The position numbers were made by a program, and so were the translations under genes. 64,000 bases of DNA from Eledone cirrhosa (lineage: Eukaryota). Below the pieces are notes generated by a model. It did no database searches. It was not told the origin of the DNA and saw only the letters and a list, made by a program, of their open reading frames with translations. The DNA lies in contig OZ024743.1 of the NCBI GenBank assembly GCA_964016885.1, positions 226,796,001 through 226,860,000 on the forward strand. The letters run 5' to 3'. Shown here in pieces: positions 38,411-52,020 of the stretch (position 1 is its first letter; each line of letters starts with the position of its first letter).

Positions 38411-41400
38411 ACTGTAATGTCGACTTTGGTAGAATTTGAACAAATAATGTTGTCCCATCGCGTCCAGCCCGTCTTTTTGTCTATTTGTGATATTAACTAA
38501 TGCATCTCTCCTCCTTTGATAGTATGGTGTGATTTAATGGAGAATTGTCTGCTATTTCTGATGGGGCCATCATCCACATAAAGAGAATTTGCTTACTATT
38601 ATCAAATACTACTAGGGTGGCATATCGGCACGGAGTATTGATTTCGAAATTTGGCAGTGAATTTATACCATGTATTAATGTAATAGATTGCGCTCTGGAA
38701 TTGGAGAAAACTAGTGATAGGCTTTATTAATAATAGCGTTTGAGATTTTTGTGCCATAAGAAATTAAGAAAGTGGAGTTATGTCCCTTATTGTGCTCTGG
38801 CTCTGAATCTTTGGTGAAGTTGAAGGAGTGCCGCCGGTGTGGCTTGACAATTTTAAATATTACAAAGCCCATCACCCCACCAGGACCCGAAAAAGCCAAT
38901 TTCTTCGTGAGAAAGCGAGAGTGAGGGAGAAAGTGATAAATATAAAAAATAAGAACTGACCTCATTACGAGACAAGTTCTTTAAATATCGATATTTCTAG
39001 GCGAAAACTGACCTTGGTGATTCAGAACGAATGACTCAAACCCTTCTATTCCACTTTTGAACAAAACTGCCACTTCTCCGCTTTCTTGTCCTTTTTAGTT
39101 CGTCTACAAAAAAGGAAAATAAGAGAAAAGGTTGAGTTGTCATTGAATCTTTAGGCATTGTAATAAATGACTTAATTTTCTTGACTTTTCGTGACCTATC
39201 GTAACTTTCCGTGATGAACGGCTGATTGCCTCTATTGACTTGAGCGATTTGGTCCAGGCCATAGTGACGTGTCATATTGAGAAGTGTTTTATAGAAGTAC
39301 GTGGTATCTTATTATAGTGATTTAAATGCGTCGATTTGACCGAAAATCCCTCACACACTTCTTTAAGCCCCCCCCCCCCCCCCCCCACCCCCAACGAAAA
39401 ATGTCAAACCGGACACCAGAGAGAGAAATAGAGGGACAGAGAGAATGAGAGAGAGTGTGTGTGGGAAAGCGAGAGAGAGAAAGAGAGGGGGGACAGAAGC
39501 GTAGTAATAAACTATAAATTAGGACCAGACTATATTGGAAAATGTAGTCCAATCTCTCTCTTTATCTATCTATATAATTAACAATCTATCTATCTAGCTA
39601 TTTATGTGTGGGGGAATGCGCGTGTGTATGAGTATGTGTGTGAGGCGGTAAATATGCTAATAATAATTAGATATTAAATTATATATATACCGCAAAATCA
39701 AATAAATCCGTGTTAGTTCTTATCGTTTACGTGTCACGAAAATAGTTTTAACTTTTAAATATAAGTGACTCTCGCACAATGAATCAGTACCTATCAACGA
39801 AAAACCGGACATAGGTCTTCTTGGTTATAGCTAACCTATGGGTAAACCATTATAACATGTCACAAGATACATCCATATATGCTAGAAATAGCAGCCAAAT
39901 CATAGCCGACAGTTTTTTGTTATTTTTTTGGCTTTTAATGGAAGGCACCCGTTGGAGAATGTAGATCTAGATACTCAAATCCTGATAGAAAAACGATATA
40001 TGTTTGCATTGGCGAATTTGGTGTTAAAGAAGAACAAAAACAAAAACATGTCACACATATTCAAATTGATACAATTTTAACTGAAGTACTGTTCATTATG
40101 ATTGCTTACCTTACAAATCAAATGTTCTTCCAAGTGATTTAATGTGTTTTGTACCACCACAAGTTTTATCGAAGCATGAAACAAAGATAAAGGGTAAATG
40201 TCAGTATAGACAGGTCAGTAAAAATATGTATAAGTCGGCACTATTGAAAACAATAAAATAAAATACATTCTGCCTTCTGTCTCATCGATTACAAAGATTT
40301 AGCTTAGAAAATCAGTCTTTTATTGTGGAAGACGTAGAGAAATGATTTAAAAATAAATGTCATGTAAAACAAAACCAACAACAATAAAATAGTTTTGTCG
40401 TTATGATTACATAATACGCCTTGATCTCTGTAGAATAAAAATGTGAAACTAGCAAAGTTCATTCAGTTCTTATAAGTGAGTAGCTACGGAATAAAATAAT
40501 ATACAGTTAGCCTAATAGAAATGAATAAATAAAACGTTTATACTTCCATACAATTTATTCTTCTAGCTGCTGGTTATTTTTTTTCCTTGTTGTTTATCCA
40601 AAGGTCAAATCTTGTTGATCAAAACTATAGGCAAACGAATTGCATCGCTAACAACCCCGTCATGATTTTAAACAATGTATATCTAGCTCTAAATTATTTA
40701 GTGGATGTTTTTCTTTTAAACACAGCAAAATCTGTTTATTGACGATTTTGCTGCTATTTGTTCCATATTTCACGAACATACCACCACACTTTAACATTCT
40801 TAAATTTAAGCAAGCTCGCAAGATCGCCCCAAATTTGGGTCCTCACTGGTGAGCTCTCATGGCAAACTCACATGCTTAACATAGAAAGAAATCTCAAAGA
40901 AAAGCCTTCGCTTCAAACTCAGAAAATACTTTATACCCTAAGCAATTAATGATTTGTTTTTGTGAATTTCAGGTGATATCTGCAACGGACTACTACTCTC
41001 ATATCCATGACGGTGCAGCTGTTGTTTGCAATGACGTCCACGATACAACCCCAAAAAAGCCATTCGATTAATCAGTATAATGACACACAAAGCTTCTCAC
41101 CAGCCTCTGGAAAATAGGCGGGCTGTTTACTCATTTCTACTCCCAATCCGTTCCTACAATAGTATCTGCCCCTTGACACTTGCTGGTCGTATTCAATCTC
41201 AACTCCAGCCCTCCCAAATTACACGTTGTCTTCCACGCATCAGCCACGCTTTGTTCACTCCCAACAGTGGTCTCGTACTAACTACTAAGTCCAAACTTTC
41301 CTTACCAGAACACATGGATTCTGGAACATCATGACAACTCATGTTTCCAAATGGAGCTGACATTTTACAGTTATAGCGCAGTATTAATGATTTCAATGTT

Positions 41401-41773
41401 AAAAATGGGAACATCATGGATACCGACCCATCCTCCAGATATAGAAAAAAAATGCACTTATACATATTTTCAAGTTTGACTTTCAAAAGAAAATAATAGA
41501 TGAAAATTGTACTACTGCTCTCTTCAAAATGTATTGAAATATGCGTAGGAGTATGACTTGTTTAGCCTGAATGAAATGCTTTCATAAAGACATTCGTATT
41601 ATTCCAAAGCATTATGCATGGCATACTCACCAGTACAGTTATTATTATACGAAACCAGTATTATTATTATTATTATTATCAACACCATCGGTATAATCAT
41701 CATCATGATTCTCTTTCCTCTTTAAGAGAAAGGGGTTTATGGGAAGACACTTTCCCTTTTTCTCACTCACTCA

Positions 41774-41875
<102 letters not shown>

Positions 41876-42592
41876 CACACACGTATATATATATATATGT
41901 ATGTATCTATAAAAGCAGTAAAGAAATTGTTAGACAATGTAAACATATTTTATTTATTCACAGCTTCAATATGACACAATATTAAAAAAAGTAATTCGAA
42001 CAATAGATCTATTTCAGAAGATATTGTTAATTGACATAGCGACATATCTTTTGGTTCTTACCATTTTTACCATTTTTTTTAAATTCTTTTCTTACAGTAT
42101 TTAGAATTCAGTAAAGCACAGTTCTAATGCTCTTTGCTAAACATGCTTTGTAACAATGATATAACAATAGAGAGAAGTGATGAGAGAAAAAAAATATAAT
42201 GTGAAAAGAAAGAATGATGCAAAACAAGGAAATGGAAAGAGATTTGTCAAAAGTTGTAAATATTATCTCAAAGCTGTATACAAATATATATGTGTGTGTG
42301 TGTATCTGTATGTGTGTGGGTGATTGTGTTTTCGTGATTGTGTTTATGTGTATGTGTGATTGTGTGTGATTGTGTGTGTATGTGTGTGTTTGTGTCTATG
42401 TTTCTGAAGTAATGTGTTGTTCCATATGTACGACTCAATATGTGCTATTCATTGTATCTTCGTATTTATCCATCTACCAAACCTGTCCTTTCTACTTATC
42501 ATCCTCTCATACGATCTCTTGCCCCACCATCGCTTACACAGTCTTCTTTTTTCTCTTTATATATATATATGTCTGTGGATGTGCGTGCGTAC

Positions 42593-42701
<109 letters not shown>

Positions 42702-42710
42702 CACACACAC

Positions 42711-42774
<64 letters not shown>

Positions 42775-42804
42775 GCACATATATATATATATATACAAAA
42801 ATAT

Positions 42805-42875
<71 letters not shown>

Positions 42876-42881
42876 TGTATA

Positions 42882-44086
42882 CAGTCTGCGGACGGCATTT
42901 GAGGACAGATTTATGGTCTTAAAAAACGCTTATATAATAACAGAAACAAAATTTATTCTTATAAAAATAACATAAACATAAAGCTAAATTATCAATTTAA
43001 TAATTTCATTCAATAAAACAACCATAAGCATTAATAACTACCTCTACGTGCGGTTGAAATCGTTTACAAGCTCGGATTAAATGGTCCTTATCTTTCGTGC
43101 TATGGGGTGTTCATTGATATTTTTCTCAACGATGCTCCATACATAGTAGTCCAGTGGATCGGATCTATAGAATTAGGAGGCCAAATGTTGGGGGTGATGT
43201 GATCATCCATTCTTGTGTCATGTGAGTCTTGTGTGATGGTGCAGAAACTTGTTGAAAAACATAAGGCCTTCCATTGCATACACTTTTGATCCAAGGCTTA
43301 ACAACTTTATCCAGAACATCAATATACGCAGCAGCATTCCCCCTAAAGCCTTGTGGAAAAAAGTGAGGAAGATCACATGTCCTTCATTGCTAACAACACC
43401 CAAAACCATGACACTTGCAGGAAATTTTGTGTGCATTACTCTTGGAACCTCAGAAGGGTCAGCACATAGCCACCTGTCATTTCTTCTGTTAGTTTTCTGG
43501 TCCTGTTCAAAGCTTTTCTCATCTGAGAAAAACTAAATCACACCATCTTCTGATGGATTTTTAAGTTTGTTCAAAAGTCTTTTGGGTCTGATTAAATGGT
43601 TTTCTTTTGTTTTTTTCTGACATGAATTGACCTCTCCTCATCACATAAGATTTGTATCTGATGTCTTCATGCACAACATTTCTGATTGTTTTTTCTGACA
43701 CACCAAAATGTTTTGCAATTGAGCTCATTGATTTTCCTGCATTGTCATCTATGTTTTGTTTAACTTCCTGAATAAATTCAGGTGTCCTAATAGAATCAGA
43801 GCATTTGGAATGTTTTTTACGTTTTGATACAGGTGATGCGCTTCCATCTTCTTTCTCTAACTCACACCGAATTTTGTGGACAAAAGATCTTGCAACTTTC
43901 AGAAAACGAGAAATTTCTAAATCACCATGCTTAATCTTCAAAGCCATAATCACAACATGCCTTTTCATTTCATTAGTAAGCATAGTTATTTTCATTGTTA
44001 GTTTCTGAAATAGAAGTTCAATAAAAATTAGTCAAATAAAATAATGAGTAAAAATGCATGTGTCCTGAAATACCATCCACACCCTG
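42882..44086 (-). mobile_element. Tc1/mariner DNA transposon (maT/DD37D-like), degenerate
   Basis: Imperfect ~26-bp TIRs (CAGTCTGCGGACGGCATTTGAGGACA / CAGGGTGTGGATGGTATTTCAGGACA) flanked by TA. HTH ORF 43561-43995, SVMVLGVVS motif and WPPNS..D.NPLDY remnant; frameshifted. Confidence 0.88.
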
Positions 44087-45473
44087 TATATATAAATATA
44101 TGTATGCACACGCACACACACAAACGAAAACACACTCACGCAAATATATACGTATATAAAGGGCGGGGAAGATGACATGTAAGCTCGCAATACGTCCGTA
44201 TTTTCTTTTTTGTTGGTAGACCATATTCATTGAAGTTGTTAGGATTAAGTGGAATATATACCTATGTGTATTTATGCATTCAGGCGTGTACATGTACCTG
44301 TGTGTATGTGTGCGTGCGTTTGTGCATGCATGTGTATGGGTGCGCGCATGCGCGTACGAGAGTTTATATATCTAATATTAAGCATTGTAGCGTGCTAAAT
44401 ACAGTCACAGCTTGATGTAGCGAACTACATAATCCGACCACAACGAGAAACAACTCTCATAGACAGTTAACTGAGGCTCTATAATATACATATTGTTGCA
44501 TCCAGTAAGATCATGCTACTTGAAGAGAATTCTCTTCAAACTTCTTCCGGATAAGATACTGCGAATATGGATATGATCGACACAGCCTTGACTTTGTTAT
44601 AGAGAACTATCTCTTGACGAGATACCGATACATATATACCTCTTATTGAATGTTACTATGCCAAGTTACCAAGTGTTTATGCGCCAACATTGCCATCTGA
44701 TTGTCAGAGCAAAGATGATTTCTGAAAGATTTCACTAAACTATTAAAACTGAGGCAAAATTAACCTAATGGTTGATTTTAATGGACGCGTCAATGTATCA
44801 CTTGTAAATAGACATGAGTTTCGATCCTCAGATATCGCAGTTATTTCATTATATTTCGTAGTTTTAAATACCACTCGAATCAATGAAAAACATTGTTATT
44901 GTAGACTCATGTTAGCTCCAATTGAGAGACCATATAATTAAAGATGTTCTAATACGACCTTACCATTAATTTGCCCTCAATTTTAAGAGATACGGCACAG
45001 CATATAGTAAATTTGGTTTCTATTTCTAGCAGTTCAATTATCCATGTAGTTTATGATATTCTGTATAAAGGCAATAAATTGTTATATAAGCGAGATTTGG
45101 CTGTTGTTTTAAGCAGTACAAACACACAAGTTAAGATGTCTCCTTCGGGTTTTTAAGTTGTTAGAACGTAATACTAGGGTGATTTGCCTTCTATTTCTTG
45201 AAAACCTCATTTAGGTAAAATAAATACACGAAGTCGTATTGTGATCGTAATAGAGTGAAAATGTGGAACAGTAGACTTAATGTATTTAGCGATTGTCGTC
45301 TTATGTTACAATCTCTGTAAGGCCTCAGGGGTCGATAAAATATAAAAATGTATGCCAGTAATCTGTGGGCGATCGATTCGCTCGACTATACAACTCCCTT
45401 TAAAGAATAGCGTTATCCTTATGTAAGGAATCACACATGTACATAAATGTGTGTGTATACATGTGAAAGCGCT

Positions 45474-45508
<35 letters not shown>

Positions 45509-45612
45509 GCACGCACACACACAAACAAACACACAAAAAGATATCTATATCTCTTTATATATATACATATTTATATCTAAGTATATAGATATATATTTAC
45601 ATATACATATTC

Positions 45613-45682
<70 letters not shown>

Positions 45683-47315
45683 CATATATAAATATAAATG
45701 TAGTCTAAACAAAGATAACGTAGGAGAAACCGTCTTAGTATCCAAGGTCAAACTCAGAGAGAAACTGATTGCTTAATCAATAGCTTTTGTAATGCCCAGT
45801 CCTTTTAAGCTTGTATAATAACCATGTCTTTATTATCCTTGTTATTTGTCGTTGCTTTTCGCTATTATTATTGTTATTCATCGCTATTATTATACTCAGT
45901 GTGCTACAGCAGCATTTCTTAGGAGAATATTGAAAGCCGGCAACAAAACTATGGATTAGAACAAAAACCGTGTATAAACCGGAAACTTTTATTTCCCTAA
46001 GAATATAACTGTTGTGTCTGATTTTTATTGGAAAAAAAAGGAAGAAAAAATAAAAGAACAGCTCTATCAAAGAGATCCAGGCCTTTTATTCTCATTCAGA
46101 CAACAGTGTAAATGATTTTTCGTTGCTAACAGAAGAGAACTTCACATAAAGCTGTCCATGGAAAAAGCAAGGCGTTATGAGTTTGGCTCTGATTACCTTC
46201 AACGATAGTCTATGAAATTATATTCAGAGAAAGTAAAAACACGAGAGGTGATGTAGAAAGGGAGAAAAATAGAAGTCTTTCCAAGTTCAAAGACTGTATT
46301 GGCTGTAGTGGTGCGTATTCATGGCTGTAAGTCCCTTTTATGGTTAAACTCACTTCGAATTTATATTGGCGTCTTTCAGTCAAAACATAAGAGATCTTAA
46401 ATATCCTAATTTGTGTCATTCTTTGGTTCTAAAATAGACTGAAATATCTCAAAACATGACAGATATTACCTCAGTTCAAAGTGGTGCAACTTATAATCTC
46501 GTATCATTGCTGTTTAAAGCTTCTTACTTGTGTGAAGTACTTTATTTATTGAGTTGGTATTAAATTCTTAAAGTTGCTGGGATTTGTAAGCATCGCAATG
46601 TATTTGAAGTGATAAGTAACTTTTTCGTTATCGAATAAATGATGGTTCGTATTCTGCTATCGGTGCAGCTATGAATAACTGAAACATATTCCTCGCAGAT
46701 TATCAAACCCAATAGGGTTTATATTTGTTGTTTTTTTAACCAAAAACAACTCCGATTGAAGATACTTATGATCAAAGGAATTCTACAATGTCTTTCAGAT
46801 ATGATGTATATATTCCTGCTGATGTAGGCATTGTTGATTGGTTAAGAGGTTCATTTCCCATTGATGAGGTTGCGAAATATAACTGACAGTAAGGGATTTG
46901 GGAAAGTATATCTAGCTCCAGGTCAACTGAAGCCTTGAACGTTTAGTTGGGTAGTAGTGGAAGCCCACCGAATAAATTGTACTTGCAATTATAAAATGCA
47001 TCTTTCTCACATATTGTATCAATATGATTCTATCAGGGAATTAGGTTAAGAACAGGCGCGCATATGGAATACTCAACCACTTACAGATTAATTCATATTG
47101 TATAACGTCCAGTTATCGAACCACTAACCATCAAAACCAATGCAGGATCCAGCATAAATGACTTAATTTTTAACCATGATTACCATGCCTTTGCTTTTCG
47201 TGGATTATTGGCTACAGATTTATAGCTTTCTTCCACCTTAAATTATGTATTTTTGTGTTTCTCCAAAGATATATGCCTCTTTCTCCTTCTCTAAACACAT
47301 ATAACGTTTAATTTG

Positions 47316-47385
<70 letters not shown>

Positions 47386-47604
47386 TTCGGTTAGCTTCCC
47401 CCTGTGTTGTTTACTTGCTTGTCTCACTCGCTTTACGCGTTTCTATTGTCCTAATAACTTATTTTACTTATTATCGCTCCAACGTGAGGTATATGATTTT
47501 TAATGCGATGAAATACCCATGATCGTTTGGTAAATCACTGATGAGGGACTCATTTTATAACATGTTATCCATGTGCAACCAGCAGTATTCTTCTCACCCA
47601 TATT

Positions 47605-47661
<57 letters not shown>

Positions 47662-47666
<5 letters not shown>

Positions 47667-49126
47667 GCACAAGAATGGGCCCGAACTATGCCAACCTTTT
47701 TGTTGGCCATGTTGAGGCCCAAATCTTTGCCCAGTACACCGGCCCCACGCCCGAACTGTACGGTCGTTACATTGACGACTGTATCGGAGCCACGACCCTC
47801 ACCCGAGTACAGCTCGACTCCTTTCTCTCCTTCTTCTGCTCCTTCCACACCTCCCTCCACTTCACCACCTCTATCTCCACCACCCACGTCCACTTCTTAG
47901 ACATCTCCGTCGCCTTCGACCCCTCCCACCACTCCCTCGTCACCTCCGCCTTCTTCAAACCCACCGACTCCCACTCTTACCTCGACTTCACCTCTTCCCA
48001 CCCCACCCACACTAAACTCTCCATTCCCTACTCCCAACTTCTCAGGATCCGCCGCCTCTGTAGCCGTGATGCTGACTTCGAGTCCCAGGCCCTTTCCCTA
48101 GTCAGCCATTTCATCCGCAGAGGTTACCCCCCCTCTCTCGTCTACACCGCTCTCACCCGCGCCCGTGCTATCCCCCGCTCCACCCACCGTCACACCCACC
48201 CACCGTCTCCCCTTCCCCATCACCTACCACCCCTCCACCTTACCCCTCCACCGCACCATCCGCCGCCTCTTCCGACGCCTCCAGTCCGAGCCCTCCACCT
48301 CCCACATCTTCCCAACCCCACCACTCCCCTCCTTCAAACGCGCACGCAATCTCCGCACCCTCCTCGTCCACAGCTCCCTACCCCCCAACCCACGCTCCGG
48401 ATCCCCCCCCCCGGTTCCTTCCCCTGTTCTAGGCCCCGCTGCAACACCTGTCCCCACATCACCAACGCCACCACCTTCCAGGGTCCCAACGGCCACTCTC
48501 TCTTGGTCCGGCATGCCTTCCGCTGCACCTCCTCCAACCTAGTCTACGGACTTCGTTTCACGGAGTGCAGCGCGACTTATGTCGGACAGACGGGACGTCG
48601 CCTGGCGGACCGAGTCACGGAGCACCTCCGGGATATTCGTCTCGGGGGCAGTTCCCCCATCGCCCGCCACTTTGGTGGCCCTGGACACTCCGCACGCTAT
48701 CTCACAGTCTGTGGCCTACTCCAGTGCCACGGAACACCCGTCTCCCTCTCCCTACTCCACCCGCCACCACCCCTACTCACCCCACACCCTTCCACCACCT
48801 GTTTACCCCCCTTTTAATTTCAGTTTATTTTGATCATGCCTTTATTTTTAAATTTTCTCATTCCTTGTAGTTTGATCATGCTTTATTTTTATTTATTATA
48901 TTTTTTGTCTTTATTTGTTAATTTTTCATTCGCACCGTTTCCTTTCGCTATATGTCTCTCCACCACTCCCCTACACACCTTTTGAACTCTGTTCCCACAC
49001 ACTTCTCACCTGAAGAAGGGCTTATGCCCGAAACGTCGTCCCCCCACCTACCCCCCACTCTCCTGAGCGTGAATTTAATAAACATTTATTGTACTGCCTC
49101 TCTGTTCTGTCCCTGTTCAATTTTTC

Positions 49127-49128
<2 letters not shown>
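47662..49128 (+). mobile_element. Penelope-like retroelement, 5' truncated (RT + GIY-YIG)
   Basis: MGTRMGPNYANLF, RYIDD, KPTDSHSYLDFTSSHP, SIPYSQLLRIRRLCS, CSRPRCNTC, VYGL...YVGQT. Frameshift near 48180. (TA)n on both sides. Confidence 0.92.
49007..49040 (+). ncRNA. Minimal PLE-type hammerhead motif
   Basis: CTGAAGA-A-GGGC ttat GCCC-GAAA-CGTC in the PLE 3' terminal region. Stem I pairing is weak. Confidence 0.7.
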
Positions 49129-49174
<46 letters not shown>

Positions 49175-50430
49175 ATCAAAATCTATACTTTAGGTTTGAA
49201 ACAATCATGATTTAGTAAATTTGTGATCCAAAATCATTCTTGATCAGATTTCTGAGGCTAAATTGAATGGGATTTTCTTCCTTTCTTCATATCAATGCAG
49301 TCGGGAGTTGGAAATATTTAAACTCCTATTTCTAGGAGGTCAAGCGACTAAATCTATAATTCCTTCTTGGCTCACTTCATATACTGAAATTCGTGCCTTG
49401 CCATGATCGATTTCTGTAAAGTGTGTAGATTAAATTCAGGTTCGATTTTAACACATTCTCTGAAAATTTCACACCCGTACATGGAGCTGACTGGTTTGGA
49501 GCCTGTTCTTCTGTTTAATGGGCCACAATCACTTCACATTTATATTTAAAGCGAGAGCATTAAAGTACTTTGCTGTCTTTCATAAATATCAACAAATAAT
49601 ATTTTCATATACAATCATAATTTAACCTCTGAATAATAGATGAGGAAAATCACGCATAGATATTTTATTTATTTCCAAATTCGTAAATAATTTATTCATA
49701 AATTCATTAGTTATGACTAGAGATAAAAACCACTAATACTTATTACTTTTGTTATCAAGATATCCCACACTTCTATTGCTACTTCATTTATGAGATAGTA
49801 TAGAGTGTATTTTAACAACCACGGCAAATGAATGACGATATTCCATGAGATGTATAATCCTCGTCATAATGGTGCCATTGAAGAAAACATATTTTCTGTG
49901 AGATCTTGCTGCTGCTGGTACATGGACAGTTATGATTGAAATGTGTTTATAATTGAAATTCAGTTTTGGTTCGAATCGTTTGCAGCATGCTATGCCAAAT
50001 TGTTCCGAGTCGTATTGGGAATTTCCCATTTATTATTTGCAAAATTTATTGCAGATTTATTGTGCATTTCCTAGATTTTAAATTCGTTTGCTATGAAATG
50101 GGTACAAGATGCAATTAGTAGATAAAACTAGACTAGATACATTTGCCATTGAGTTCAGCAAAAGAAATTTGTCAATTTGACATTTGTACTAAATAGCTAA
50201 CTAATCAATATTTGTTGATAAATATTAAAATATACATAAGTAACTGCAATGTCTGAAAAGCCACGATCCCAGTATCTTAATATATCTTAATCTTAATATA
50301 TCTTCATATACATATACATATATTTATATTTATAAAGATACATGAATGCAGAAACACACTCATATGTACGTAAGTGCTCACACACACACGCGCGTACATA
50401 TACACACCTATCCATACACACACACACATA

Positions 50431-50526
<96 letters not shown>

Positions 50527-51719
50527 TATATATATTGATTGTGTGCTCATAAGCGTGTTTGTGTATGTGATGGGTATATATTTTATTGCTCCCTCTCGAG
50601 ACATATCAATTTATAAACGGAATTTATATTCTTCTTAAGCGCCCTCTAATGAAATTTTGGAGAGACGTCATTTCTGTAAATAAAACAACAAAATACGATT
50701 GAAAGATGTTACTAAATATTTTCTTTTAATAACACCTACCAATAGATAGCCTGAATGGCTCGGTCGTAGAAGAAAATAATCCAATATCTCGTAAGAGATA
50801 ACACTCGGGGTGATATATGATAGATAATAGATGAACAAATACAGCCAAGAAAGATGAGTCATCACCGTCTTCTTCATATGTGTGTATCTCTGTTCCTCTA
50901 GTGTCATCCGTTTTCGAAAGTCTTTGCCTGTTTCTACAATCTCTTGTAGGAGATGATGTCATCGACACGCGGTCGTATACAGAAAGTATCAACCTACAGG
51001 GGCATTATTTTGTAGAATTGCTTGGAAGGTCTACGTTATGCTTGATGTTAATATTATTGAAGTTATTGCTGTTTGTGTTGTTGTTGCTTCTGTTGTTCTT
51101 ATAGTTGCTGCTGTTTAGTCTCCAATACAGGCCCGATCAAGATAAATGAAAGATGAAAGATATTCCGGTAATGGTAATTCCATTGTTTTGTATATGTATA
51201 GCAACATTTTCCAATGTGGACAAGCTGCGTTATGAAGTAGTTTAGGCGGTCTGCTATTTTTGATAGATGGAGAACTCACAAAGAAGCATACGATGCATTT
51301 ATTGTAGTTGTATATGTTTCGAAAGAGTGATGAATATCTGAAAAGAAATTCATGGTTCACATCTCGATACCGACGCACAAGAAAATCATTGGACAAGGTA
51401 TATATGTATACATGGTGGCTGCCAACTCGTTTTAGAGTGCGGCCACTACTTTATATCCATGTAGGACAACGCCTACCGATGCACTGAACGAGTGTGACTT
51501 TTTAGTCCAGCCAGCGTATTGAAAACTCTGGTACAAACACTACACTTGTGACAATTATTGACACATAGTGCTGGGTCCATGGTACCATGTGAGGACAAGT
51601 GCAGAGAGATCTCCAGATATAAAGCAATGCCTGTGCCGTGAAGCTTTTATAGTGAGCAAAGGCACTGCACAAAGCCAGTCCCACTCTCTTAACCAAGATG
51701 ATATTTACCAAAAAGAAGA

Positions 51720-52020
51720 ACAAGTCAACATCATTGGATACCATCAGGGTTGCAGGTGGTATATCAGAGTTTTCCTTCTCCTAGAATTCTGCCTTGACAA
51801 AGGCTAAGGGGTCATCTCTCCCGGTGATTTTGGATGGCTATTGACTCTTAAGAGCTCCTTTGCCCTTTGACAGGTTTTGTTTTTAGTCCTGCAGGATGTC
51901 CAAAGTCACCCTCCTCACCAAGAAACCTTGGTGGGGTTGCCAGTTTAGTCGCCAACGTCCCGACCATGAGACAGGTTGTACTGGGATACATGTTACCAGT
52001 AGCACCAACTGGTGACCTGA
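51720..52020 (-). mobile_element. Dispersed repeat, possibly an RTE-like LINE 5' leader remnant
   Basis: A diverged second copy lies at ~52260-52465 (GTCAACATCATCGGAT; CACCCTCCTCACCAAG). The minus-strand CTAGGAGAAGGAAAACTCTG resembles RTE leaders from memory only. Confidence 0.35.

Noticed and set aside
40973-41070. Plus-strand exon candidates after TTTCAG (also 61057-61132)
   Set aside because: Isolated short frames with no recognisable homology; expected by chance.
51860-52020. Twister or HDV-like ribozyme in the RTE-like leader (GAGGAGGG, CTAAA)
   Set aside because: Twister GGTCCCAAGCCCGG core is absent and the HDV pairings are incomplete by eye; would need a covariance-model search.
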